Positions 1 to 12,245 of a DNA stretch of 64,000 bases are shown here, one piece after another (the first letter of the stretch is position 1; every line of letters begins with the position of its first letter). The stretch is from Callorhinchus milii (lineage: Eukaryota): contig NW_024704743.1 of assembly GCF_018977255.1 (NCBI RefSeq), positions 114,454,001-114,518,000 of the forward strand, given 5' to 3'. Made by a program: the position numbers and the translations under genes. The notes under the pieces are model-generated. The model had not been told where the DNA came from and searched no databases. It was given only the letters and a program-made list of their open reading frames with translations.

Positions 1-812
1 CACGACTGTCTCTATAAAAAAAAACACCCATGTAAATATGGGTAAGTGTATGGTAACATGGTCAGAGATCAATGGTGGCTAGACTGCTGATGATGCTCTT
101 AGACAAGTATGAGCATGCACAGGCTAAAGATAAGACTTGAGACGACTGATGTGACTTGAGGAATGATGAGCCACGTTGAGCAATGAGGGGTAAGAATTAC
201 AATTATCTGAACTCAAGGGTTAGGATCAGCTACAATGGAGATTTGGACAGGCCATACATCCCTACCAGGTCCTGGAGGTTAAACTCACTATGTTAATACT
301 GGAAAATGAAACATAGCGTGTTTAAAAATCCATGCACTAGGAATAAAGCTTAATGCTAACTCAGGGATATTTTTCTGTGGGTGCTGGGGAGCTGGACTTA
401 ATTATAGCAACAATGATAATTTATCTGTAAATCCTTAGATGCGGAGACTACCTATTTGAAAAAAAAGAGTATTCAGATAACATTTATAAAACAAAATTGC
501 TCAAAATATGAGAGCTCTATTGACGGTTGTTCAGTATGTAGGAGTACGAGAGTTAGTGTAGGACTATTTGTTTGTTATATTTCGTGACAAACTAAGTGAA
601 CTGCAATCTGCTGACATTACTTCCTGCCCACTGGACACACATGCCATGCACAAGAAGGGGCTTTGATGTCACTTCTTACACAATTCATGTTGCAGAGCCT
701 CTAGTAGATCGGTGCTCTAAGCGAGGCAGTGCTATAACAGGGTTACCCTGTACATCCACAGAATGGTATTATGGTCAAGGACAGGGGTGGTACTATATTT
801 TTTTTACTGTAC

Positions 813-947
813 CTGGCACACCTTGAACAGATGTTGAGAGTCACTTTGGCCAGAGGTTCTGTAGAGTAACCACTTCGTCCTTGGCTAAACTTGCTCCCAG
901 AAGCGCATGGCCAATGATGCCTTCCATTCTCAAGTCATCCAGATCCT
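813..947 (-). CDS. C8orf34: C8orf34 coding exon: (E)DLDDLRMEGIIGHA[frameshift]SGSKFSQGRSGYSTEPLAKVTLNICSRCA(R), with an apparent 1-nt deletion
   Basis: Acceptor gaattgcag, donor gtacag. The two halves match recalled human EDLNDLRMEG...PSGSKFNQGR...EPQAKVTLNICSRCAR but in different frames; 135 nt present where 136 are needed. Confidence 0.85.
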
Positions 948-2503
948 CTGCAATTCAAAGAGAATTTAATGAAGGAGAATGTCTGCAAAACAAATAAAAA
1001 AAAACATACTCCCAGTCTACGTGAAGCCTGAGTGATGCTTGTTATTCGGCAGATTCTCTTCACAAAACGTTTCTTCTCAATAGCACAAATTTACAATGCA
1101 AAATCTGTTCTGTTTCAGATTTACACCAGATAACTTCAAGAAGAATAGAAGATGCTAAATGTAAGAGAGAAAGTAGGACTATTTATTTACCCAGCTGACC
1201 AAAAAGGAATTTCACATGATTACATTTATGAATGAACAATGGGAGGACACAACCTTCTGTAGAAACCCCCCACTCTCATCCGTACCACCTGCCAGAGATA
1301 AAGACTCTGTCATTTAGTCTTTCATATGAGGTGTAATTTGTGGTATTTTTTAGTTCTGCACATAACTAACTTTAATTCCGTCATAACAACATATGGAAGC
1401 TGTTCTTCCACACAATTTATTTCCAGAGTGGATTTCCATGGATCCATATGAATTCTAATAGGATTCCGGAGAAGAAATCCCGTTAAGAAATCACGCAAAT
1501 TATACCCATGATTGTTGTACCTTTATTTTAGCTTTTCCACCATCTCAACTAATATAAGAGCAGCACAAAAATGCTGATGCAGAATCAAATTTGGAGGGAC
1601 CAGGCGAGAGGGGAAAAAAACATACCTTTTGTATAGTTGCTGTGTTTTAATTAGCCATAAATTTCACTTGGATATCACTTAACATGCATCCAAGACTGGC
1701 CACAGCACTGCACATACAAGCAGACCATTCTTGTACCAGTTTTTCGTGACGTGTAACTGTGTAATTGAGATGGAGAAGTTTTCCTAAGCATTTAGTGCTA
1801 ACTTTGTTGGATAAACTAAAAGTATTTAGTTTAACTTATTGATATAATTAAAATACTGTTTATGGAGAAACTCATCAATTGTTGCCAATTGAAGTAAATC
1901 CATTCAAGTAGCCCAATTTAATCTGTGACGTTTATGGTTAAGCCGTTAAAGAAGTTTTAAAAAAGCTTATGGGACAGTGAGAATTGCTAGGTCCAGACTA
2001 TGTTATGTGATGACATTTTGAAAGCCTCGAGTAAATTAAATGATAAAGGGAGAGAAATACCAGCTAAGGCCAGAGTTCCTAGTTATTTTTACAGCAAATT
2101 CTCCAATACATCCTTAATTTTGAAAGAGTCTTTCTGTGGACTCTTTAAAGAATGGTTTCAATGTTAATGCTGAATTCAAAGAATTCTACAAGCTGTGAAA
2201 TGGTAATACACTAAATATAGACCCAGATTTCTCCCCAAATGTGCTTTCTCTTTCTCTCTCATAAATGTCTCCATCAACTTTCTCCCCTGCTCACCTCTCC
2301 TGAAGGTGTTTAATTTTTTTTTCAACTTCTAAGTTTGTCTCTGATACCTCGCCTAAGTGGCCGTTAATGACGTGCAAGTCTTTTGAATAAGTGTGTTAAA
2401 TGAACAGTACAGAATGTTGTTGTGCTTCCCTCTACTGGTAGATCGCATTTCAGCTGTTGTTACAGTCACATTCCAGTTAGAACTAACTTAATTGTTTATT
2501 AAC

Positions 2504-2582
2504 GGTGGTGGGATATTGAGGTGGTGGGATATTGAGGTGGTGGGATAATAAGGAGGTAGGATGTTGAAAATTGTGGGACATT
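2504..2582 (+). repeat. 16-bp minisatellite (ggtggtgggatattga), ~3 good copies plus degenerate copies
   Basis: Read directly from the sequence. Confidence 0.85.
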
Positions 2583-3484
2583 AAGTTTGTGCGTTTGAAT
2601 ACTGCATGAGTTCCTTATAGCACAGCAATGCTAGTGATACTTTAGGTGGCCAAATACAACAGTACACCTTTATTTGTTTACTGTGGTTATTATGTTATCA
2701 GGGACTCAAAATACCTCATATTGGATGAATGCCATCATCTTAAACACCTAAGATGGTGCGGAATTTTGGAAAACAGTCTTAAATTCAGATTTAATTTGAA
2801 AGCCGATTAGCCTCCATTCTGTGGAAAATTGGCACCAAAATTGACTGAATTTAAGATTTCCAAAACTCTGTACAATCTTAAAATTTCAAGACAACGATTT
2901 TAAGTCATGAGAAAGTTTGGGTCTCCACACAAAGACTTCATGATAGAGGCAGAAAATGCTGCCTATTACTATTTAAGTCAAGTTTTATTAATTAGAGCTT
3001 GTGCTTTGATCTCTATGCCACACAAGGCTTTTTCTCCTCGACTAAGCCCCGGCATTAATAAAACCAGGTTTCGACAGGTCTAAATAAGTACAGTCACACA
3101 AATGAACACAATTTCCTTCAGTTTGCAGGTACATCCTGACAATGGTGAGATATGATGTATGTGGCTCCATGAAGCTAGCTGTCACTCAAGAAGACTCGCT
3201 AGTGATCTCTTTCTTTTTATTGCTTTGCGTTTATGTATTTTGCTGTCATTCAGCAAGTCAGGACTGTTATATTTCATCAGTCTCTTCAGCCTGTGCACAA
3301 GCTGCCTCAGTTTTAACCCAAGCAAATAACAAAGGCCTCTCTCCTACCCCAAAGAATCGAGATGCTGAGATTCACACTTATCTCCTGCTCAATCCCTGGA
3401 TCAGGGAATGAATCATTGATCCCCACTCCCTTAAAGCTGAAAGTAAGAGCCCTGGGGTATCTGCCAACACAGGAAGTGTCTGCT

Positions 3485-3915
3485 TGACTTAATTAGTAGT
3501 ATTCTTGTCTGAGTCAGAAGGTTATGGGTTCATGTTGGGACTTTGAGCTCACACAAGTTAGATTAATTCTAACATAGTGCAGAGGTGTATGCTGCATTGT
3601 CAGAAGTGCTGTCCTTCAGTTGAGATGTTAAAATGAGGTCCTGTCTGTCTATTCAGGTGGACATGCAAGATTCCATGACACCCCATAACGATTTGAAAAG
3701 GGAAGGGAATTTCTCTTGGCATCCTACCTAATAAAATTGGTAAATCACTTTATGGGATTCATAGGACATTGCTCCATGCAATGTGGCTGCTGTGTTTGTC
3801 CTCAAAATACAGTCACCCTACATGTTACAATAAAACCTGTGAAGTGCTTCGAGACATTTTGCTGATGAGATAATGCACTATATCAAATGCAAGGGTTATA
3901 TGTATAATAAGTATT
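3485..3915 (+). mobile_element. Older SacSINE1-like DeuSINE
   Basis: Head ctgagtcagaaggttatgggttca, body gagatgttaaaatgaggtcctgtctg...caggtggac, Deu core and the shared tail. Confidence 0.75.
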
Positions 3916-6913
3916 ATTACTACTCATCAGTCACCAGGACCCTGAGCTCAAAACAGGCAAACCGTAGAGGTTGTGTCCAATCTTTACAATTGGTGAGTTT
4001 GCCTATAAAATCCCCCACAGTGACTACACTTTGCAGTAAATCCTGCACAGTGCTCTGACATGTCCTCCTGATGTGAAATGTGTTGTATCAATTGCAAAGA
4101 TTATTACTGCTGTAAATGAGGGCTGGCCAAACCAGGGTCAGTTCAGGTCAGGAGCAGGGCTCCAGTGAGATTCAGTTTACACGAGTATAGTTTGTACTGC
4201 ATGTTTGGGAGCAAACTACCTCCTAAGCCTGCTGATTCGCCGTCAAATGTGTAAAAGTAACGCAGTGTTGAACGGCACACCATCCTGATTGGAAACAAAG
4301 GACCACCCACAGGGGACTTATTTTCCCCGGAAGAATCAAAAAGAAGAAAATCCACTGATAAATGAGCAGAGAACAGTTGCCAAGCTCTCATTTAACTTTC
4401 AACAGCTGTACCTGATCCTCAGGACTGGGATTAAAGTAACTGAAAAGACAGCATTTTTCTCTTCTGCAGCTGTTATTACTTGGTATTGGTTTAGCCACAC
4501 AGGGCTCGTGTATCTTGAAGCCCTCTCCACATTAGAAAGGGATTGTGATCATTAGCTATCATCAGCTATTCCATTCCTGGGGCATGATGAAAAATGAGAA
4601 TACAAGGATTATTATTATACTGTGGTGATTTCCACTGTAACAAACCACTTCTGATAATATACAAGGAGTAAAACACTTAACAAAATGTGGGGCATGGGTT
4701 AGACATAAAGCAATTTTAAAGGACTTGAAACAGCTAAACCCCACTGGTAAGTCTGTTTATTTTCAAGAGTTAAATGAGATCTACTTAGCTGAAATCTGTG
4801 AGGATAAATGGAGCAGTACAAAAATCAGTGGGAAAAAAACATGTAAAAGACTTAACACAACATATGGAGTGAAACGAACTGGAACAAAACAATACGTAAT
4901 AGATGCCCTCCTTTCCTGTGTGTCCTTAGAGGCAGGATTGTCAAAGCAGTGCCTGAAATCATGTTCCTTTTGCTCTCTGTCAGAGATTTCTGACGATCAA
5001 TCACTAAAGAGTGATTATTGGTTTCTTCCACAGTCCTGAAATGTCACCAAGCCTTAGCCTGTCTTTGCCGTTAAAATTTAAGACTGTGCAGAAAAAACTG
5101 AGGAAAATTCTAAATTCTATGTCGATGTATATTTACCTCGCTTGATGAAAATGATTTGCAGTGTTTCACAAAATCCACTTTTACAGGGCTTACAAGAAAA
5201 GTATTTGAGGGGTTAATGGCTTTGGGATGTGGACAGGCCGCTCTGATTCATCACATATGCTACAGCTCACTGAAAACTTCTGTCTCTCACAGGACAATTC
5301 GAAGGTCCTCTTTGTACACATGAAAGGTTTATTAGAGGGTAAATCCCAAAGGGCTTTAACTTTACAGGCTCTGCCTGTTACAAAAGCTGCAAAATAATTG
5401 ATTCCAGAATTGCTTAGGAGTAAAAATTCAACGCTGAAGGTTATAGTTATCCTTGGAGACGCAACACAGCCCCAGGTATCTAGGGGAAGGTGAATTCAGT
5501 TTATGGACTGACAACACCGCATTAGCACCTTTGCGATGGAGACACATGGTCAAGGTCAAGGCTGTGCCTTGGTGCATTTTAAACGGTATTCAGAGCAGAA
5601 GATAAATAAGATACTGTGATTGGGGGGAGGGGGAAACGGTGGGGTGGGTATTCGGGAAGGCTGAGATCAGACGGGCCAAACCAATCATACGATCGTGTGA
5701 GATGTAGTGCAGGGCAAAATTACTGCAAACTGCGTCACTTCAACCTGCCCAACAGACGTGCACTGACAAATGCATCCTACTACATCAAAGACAATGGCTG
5801 TGCTGAAGCCTCACGAGTACCTCGGCCATTATGTTTTCCTACCAACGTAATGCGTTTTACATTAGCTACTGAAAATCCTGTTGCTGCGTTCACTTTCTCA
5901 AGTAGTTACAGCCATTGTATTACAATAAAGGCTAGCAGGTGTAGGGGGGCTTCCTCCATCTGCTTCTAATTATTGCTTTGGTGTTACACTATATGCTGAG
6001 TTTTCCATTCCAGCTGTCCAAATTCATCACTGCCAGTTCCTATTTCAGTCGCCTAGGCACTATAAACCACTGCTTAGCCAAACATAATTTCTTCAGTAAA
6101 TTAGATAAACAGGAAAGAATCCTGAATGAGTCACTCTCCTCAAAAAAAATCTCTTTGTTTACCATACTTTGATAATCGATTTTTCTTAACCACATTAATG
6201 TAGACATCAATTTTTTAAGGTTATTTAGATTTGCCTTGTCTACAGCCCGGTGCAGATAATAGAGATAAAACTCTTGTTTGGATACTCTTCACAGAAAGAG
6301 AGGTCTCTGCTTGGATTTTACAATACAGGAGTGGCGTCAAAATATTGAGCTTGATGTTTGCCAACTTTGAGTCAATATATGTGTGAACAAAAATAATCGT
6401 CACCAAACTTGTTGAAGTCAACATTGCTCCTCTTTCCAAGTTAGCAATAAGCATTTTGAATGAAGCTATTTTACTAAAGTCTATTTAATACTCCCACCAC
6501 CCCCCACCCCACACCATCACCATCCCTTTTGATCATTTTGTAGTATGAGTTTCTGTGACCCACAACGCCACATTACCTTATTCTTAAAACCATTAAGTCT
6601 TGAAATAACAACACTAAAATTAATCCTTGCATTTGAAACAGCAGCTTTCACATCATGAGGACATCTCAAAGCATTCCACAGGAGTTAATATAAAGTGTGG
6701 TGACTGATTTTCTTTGTAGGTGAACGTGGCAGCCAATTTGCGCGCAGCAAATGTGCCATGAAGTGAACGATCAATTTTCATCTGAGGGATTGCTGGCCAG
6801 GACACTGGGGGAAACTCCCTTCTCTTTTTCGAAAATGTAAAATTGTTCAAAACTTTGAAAACACTTTTACATTCAGTCTTAAAAGGAATTACACACAACT
6901 GGCTTCAAATTAA

Positions 6914-6948
6914 CAAAACGCAAAAATACTGCAGATGCTGGAAATCTG
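6914..6948 (-). mobile_element. 35-bp terminal fragment of the same fold-back family
   Basis: caaaacgcaaaaatactgcagatgctggaaatctg is near reverse-complement to 13002-13034; flanked by aattaa on both sides. Confidence 0.6.
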
Positions 6949-7013
6949 AATTAAGATTGAATTAAAGAATTGAAGGCAATAAAATAATTTAGGTTTTGTG
7001 TGTTTAGCATTGT

Positions 7014-7381
7014 GGAGTCCTATTGCGTATTGGTTAGAGCACTCGAGAGGACTTGGATTTGATTCCCGGGCAGAGCGAAATATTAGGCAAGTTTCCTCAC
7101 TCGATACGCCTCTGTTTACCTAAGAGTAAATAGGAACCCGGTTGTTGGTTGATTGGAAGATCGCTTTTCCGGTATTAATAATCCCTTGAATTTTTTTTTG
7201 AAAATAATAATAATTTGGTCACTCAATCCACGACTGTTTGTGGGACACTGCTGTGCACAATTGGCTGCCGCATTCCACCTACAAAATATACAATCAATTC
7301 ACTTTACAGTAGATTCTGTGAAGCACTGTGAGACGTCTCGAAGTCGCAATATAGCGCTATATCAAATGCAAGGTTTATTAT
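7014..7381 (+). mobile_element. tRNA-Ala SINE, long subfamily
   Basis: Same head and core, plus an extra ~60-nt block ctgtttacctaagagtaaataggaacccggttgttgg... Confidence 0.88.
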
Positions 7382-9241
7382 TTCAATCAAATATGCTCTT
7401 GAAAAAGAGAGGGTAGGGGTTGAAAGGTTGGAGAGAGCCAAGGCTAGGGAAGAACAAGAAACCTGAAGTATAACAGCATGAAGTCGGGCCTCTTAACATT
7501 TATGAGCTGGAGTTTACTTTTAAGATAGATAATGAGGATAAGTGGTAACAGAAACTGTCTAGCAGCAAACTTTCCCCCCCTCTATCACCTCGCACCATAA
7601 TTCCACACCTCCAAGCAGCTGGCTGTATGACAGCAGGTTTGATGAATACGTATAAAAATCAAGTGAGCTACTATTTCATCAGTACTATAAGCTGAGGGAT
7701 GCAGTGAACCTTTTAGCTGTTCTGCTGTGAACTAGTGCAGTGAACCTGTCCTTTAGTGTATGAGCCCAATTTGCTGATAGCTGGGGCTGTGAACATCTCA
7801 CATTGGGGTTAAAATGTAGTTTTAGTTTGCCCTGAAACCGGGCGATTAGCTCCCGGGCAAAACTCCCATTTAGCACATCAGTGACTTCAGATTGCGAATG
7901 CCATGTTTACTAGCCCTTTAAACATCCACATGTCCCCACCCAGTATCTAAACTGAAGAAATTCCTAACCGGAAAATTCGCTCCCATTTTTCAGTACCATC
8001 ATTCCCAACATTGCTGCATCCTGTGAAATAATCTCACTAAACAGGAAAATATGGTGTACTTTCCCTCCTTGCACTTGCATTATACAATACAATACAAAAT
8101 TACATTTGTATAGCGCCTTTCATGTCGGGAGGACATGTCCCAAGTTGCTGCACAGTCAGGGATTTGAACCTTATGTAAAATAAATAAGATAATATCCTTA
8201 TGTAAAATAAATCAGGTCAGGTACAGCCATTGACATGAATTAGACAACAGCCTCTTTTTATTAATGGTCAATGAATTTGCTGATAAAATAGAAGAATCAA
8301 CTTGGGCTGTTTATATAATAATAATAATCCTTGCATTTGATACAGTGTCATTCATATTGGGAGGAGATCTCAAAGCACATCACTGTGAATTGTAGTGACT
8401 GTGCATTTTGTAGGTTAACATGACAGCCAAACTGCATACAGCAATGTCCCACAAACAGCCACGAAGCCAATGACCAATTTTAATCTTAACATTGAAGTGA
8501 AAATAATTAACATAAAAGGATTTTAATATAAAGAATATCACCTTGGCCCACGCACAGTGCCTGTGTCCGTCAAAGTCCCTTGAATGTCTCTCAGTTGCCA
8601 GCCTACCTTGTCCTGCAAGCTCAGGTCAAGGTCATGCTGGTGGCTGTGAATGTGGGTGCGGGAATTTCTGTTACCACTTAGCCTCAATATCTATCTTTAT
8701 GAAGAGAGGGAGGAGGAGAAATCAGCAGAAAGGAGGCAGGCAGTGACGAAGTTTGAGATCACCTAAAATGAGGAGGAGCGACAACTCTTTAGATCGATTT
8801 TAAGACGATTTGTAACAAGTTTGTGATTTGCAGCAAAAATAATTCCATCTTGTGTTCTACATCCAAACCAATCAATAAGGAATTATCAATTTGATGTGAA
8901 TGTACGGTAACCACAGGCAGCAGTCTTTCGGGGACAATTTCTGGGAAGCTCAATCTCACCAGCGTTGAAGGGCTCCCAGAGGAAGTGGTTGTTGGAAATC
9001 ATAAAGCAGTTTATTGGGTTTAGCTGCACTTTGTATTCTAGCTCACAAATAAACCAGTATCCACAGAGAGAATGAGCTGAAACTGGAAACCATTTGAACT
9101 GCAAGGGCATCCAAAACATAGCCACCCTAAAGTTGTGGCGCTGAACTGGGACAGCAGGTTCTTCCCACTTGGCTCCTGTTAACCAGTCTTAATGGGTCAG
9201 TTGGTCTCCGCTAACGGCTTAATCTCCAGTTCCCGCACTTA

Positions 9242-10278
9242 TGCGGCATCCCTCAGGGCTCTGTCCTCGGTCCCCTCCTCTTCACCCTCTATATGCTCCC
9301 CCTTGGTGACATCATCCGCAGACATGGGGTTAACTTCCACATGTATGCGGATGACACCCAACTCTACCTTTCCTCCTCTACCCTCAACTCCATGACCACC
9401 GATGTCCTGACAGCTGCCTGTCCGACATCGAGTCCTGGACGAGAGACAACTTTCTTCAGCTCAACGTGTGTAAAACTGAGGCCCTCCTGATTGGCTCTCG
9501 TCAGCGCCTCCGCACCTCAGGCGCTGACAGCATCAGCATCCAAGGCTGCACTCTCCACCTCTCAAAGCCAGTCAGGAACCTCGGTGTTCTGTTCGACCCT
9601 GAGCTGTCCTTTCTCCCTCATATCCGCACCACAACTGGTACCGCCTTCCACCACCTCCGGAACATCGCCAGACTACGGCACTACCTCACCCCTCACGCTG
9701 CTGAAACTCTGGTCCACGCCTTTATCAACTCAAGGCTGGACTACGGGAACTCTCTCCTCGTCGGCCTTCCCGGCACCTCCCTCCACAAGCTCCCACCCTC
9801 GCTCGCCTCCACTGGCTCCCCATCCCCCAGAGGATCGAATTCAAGATCCTCATCCTCACCTACAAGGCCATTCACGGCCCTGCTCCCTCCTACCTCTCCG
9901 ACCTACTATCCCCCTACTTACCTGCCCGTACCCTCCGTTCCTCTGGCTCCGGTCTGCTCCACATCCCCCGCCCTAACCGCCCTGCCATCAGTGGCCGGGC
10001 TTTCAGCCTCTCAGCCCCTAGGCTCTGGAACTCCATCCCCCAGTGCCTTCACCTTGCTTCCTCCCTTTCCTCCTTCAAGGCCGGTCTCAAGATCTTTCTC
10101 TTCAACCGTGCCTTCAGCTCCCCTCTCAATTCTCTACCCTCTCTTCGCTCCCTCCCTTCCCTCCCCTCTCCCTGACCATTTCCCCCCTGCTCGGGTCCCG
10201 ACTCAACTGTCCAGCGCCTTGGGACGTCCTCCCGACGTGAAAGGTGCTCTATAAATCCAATCTTGTCGTTGTTGTTGT
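9242..10278 (+). mobile_element. L2-clade LINE 3' fragment (young family)
   Basis: PQGSVLGP and YADDTQLY motifs, RLDYGNSLL, C-rich strand, 3' stem-loop and (gtt)n tail. Has an internal deletion near 9792 relative to the 30557 copy. Confidence 0.93.
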
Positions 10279-10494
10279 GGTCCTAACTGTACAAGCAGCA
10301 GGAAGCTTGCAAGACAGTGCTCTCAATGGCAATCTATGTGGTTTTACCCCAACACACACTCTGGTGTCCACAAGCCCTGGCTCTCGAATACTCTTTGGAG
10401 TAGGTAAACAAAATGTGTTCCTCCAGGGAAAGAGTGTGCATTTGATTCCAGACATAGCAAAATTTCACAGGAACAGGTATAACTAATTATTATT

Positions 10495-11030
10495 ATGTCT
10501 GTTAGAGAGCCTTTCACGTCAGGAGGATTTGTGAAAGCACTTCACAGGATTTACTGTAACGTGTAGTGAACATCCCAGAACCAAAATATATTTTGTGACT
10601 ATATCTGTAGGTGAACTCAGCAGCCAGTTTGCACGCAGCAATGTCCCACAAACAGCCATGTCCCACAAACAGCCATGTCCCACAAACAGCCATGTCCCAC
10701 AAACCGCCATGAAGAAAATGACCAAATTTTATCTGGGGAATTACCATAGAGTGTCAGCTACAGTGTATTGAGAAAGGGCAGGTAAATGGGACTTAAAGGA
10801 TTGCTCTGAGAGCTAGCACAAACACTATGGGCTTAATGGCCTCCTTCTGTGCTCTAAATTTCTATAGTTCTATTTTTGGTCAGGGATAAACTCCCTTGTC
10901 ATTTCAAATAGTGCCATGGGATGTTTACTGTCCACATAACAGGCAGACAGGACTTTCGTTTAATATCTGATCCAAAGGACGGCACATCCCCCGATACAGC
11001 ACAGTCCCAGCACTGCATACGCATGTGTGT
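10495..11030 (-). mobile_element. Older DeuSINE with an internal tandem expansion and a nested CR1 tail (~10760-10873)
   Basis: Family motifs present; (atgtcccacaaacagcc)x4 at 10640-10708. Confidence 0.72.
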
Positions 11031-11829
11031 GTAATTAACTCTGAGTCTGGTTTGAATACACTTATGGTGATGATGAGTTTCAGCACTAACCACAGTATAA
11101 CAAGAAACAGGCATTCAGTTATTGGCAGAACATCCTTTTACTTACTGGAGCCAAGCCTAAATAATCTCTGATTGACCAAAGAAAGCTTTCCCTCATATAG
11201 ATTTAAAGATTTTAAATAAAATTAATTGACACGGTATATGGCAGCCTCATAGTTACATTAAACCAAGAGACTTTCAGTTTTATATGGTATTAATTCTGCA
11301 CCCTGATACTGTGTACTTAGCAGCTCCGCTTATTATCTCACCAGCACTCACTGCTGAAATCCAAACAAATGTTCAGAAAGACAGAGGGAACCTAAAACAA
11401 TTTTGAAGTGAACAAGCATAGTGTTATTAAAAAGAGATATGTATGGAGAATCTGTTAAAATACAAGTTAGTTCATTTTGTAGGAAATGTTAAGAGAGTTG
11501 ACTTTGTACAGTAAAAATATAATTGAAGAAAATACATAAGATTAATATTGGTGTTTAACATCCAGCCGCAGCCTCACCATCGCCTTTAAATGAAAAGCTT
11601 GGAAAATACTGCCATCTAGTGAACTTCATTGGACTTAAACCTATTCAAACCTGTAGCTTTTGTCAAATTATTTTCCATTCTGCAAACATAGGAGTCAGTT
11701 TTGTATTGATCTCATTTACTAGATTTGTAAATGGCAACACTAGATCAGCTCCTCAGACAGACAGATTGATCAAGTGGAAGTCACTGGAAAAGAAAATGGG
11801 TCAGGCCTAGAGGATAAAGTATTAATATT

Positions 11830-12245
11830 AATAATAATGTGTCAGGAGGACAACTCAAAGCACTTCTCAGGATTTACTGTGAAGTGCAGGGATTGTATAT
11901 TTCTAGGTGAACTTAGTAGCCCAATTGTGCACAACATGATCTTACAAACAGCCATGAAGTAAGTTAATGACCAATATTATTTGGGATATTGTTGGCTGGG
12001 ACACCGGGAAAAACTCTTCTCTTTTCAAGCTAGTGCCATGGGATCTTCAGCATCCACCTGTATAGCCAAATGGGATTGTGGTTTAACATTTTAATCCGAA
12101 AGACAGCATCCATGACAATACAGCCCTCTCCCAGCGCCGCAATGAAATATCAGCTTGACTGTGAGTTCAAAGTCCGTATATGGGGCTTGAGCCCACAACT
12201 TTCTGACTCAGAGACAAAAGTGCTAGCAACTGAACTAGGCTGACA
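11830..12245 (-). mobile_element. Older SacSINE1-like DeuSINE
   Basis: Full-length reverse-complement copy of the 3485 family. Confidence 0.78.

Noticed and set aside
1..589. Possible LTR end (…ttcgtgaca)
   Set aside because: The other end would lie outside the window; no supporting motif.
9466..10254. Long ORFs of 211-304 aa (9466, 30582, 30697, 48386)
   Set aside because: In-frame or alternative-frame readings of L2 LINE fragments, not host genes.
10640..10708. Short direct-repeat arrays (here and 2504-2582) as CRISPR-like arrays
   Set aside because: No unique spacers, no cas genes, and a vertebrate context; these are simple tandem repeats.
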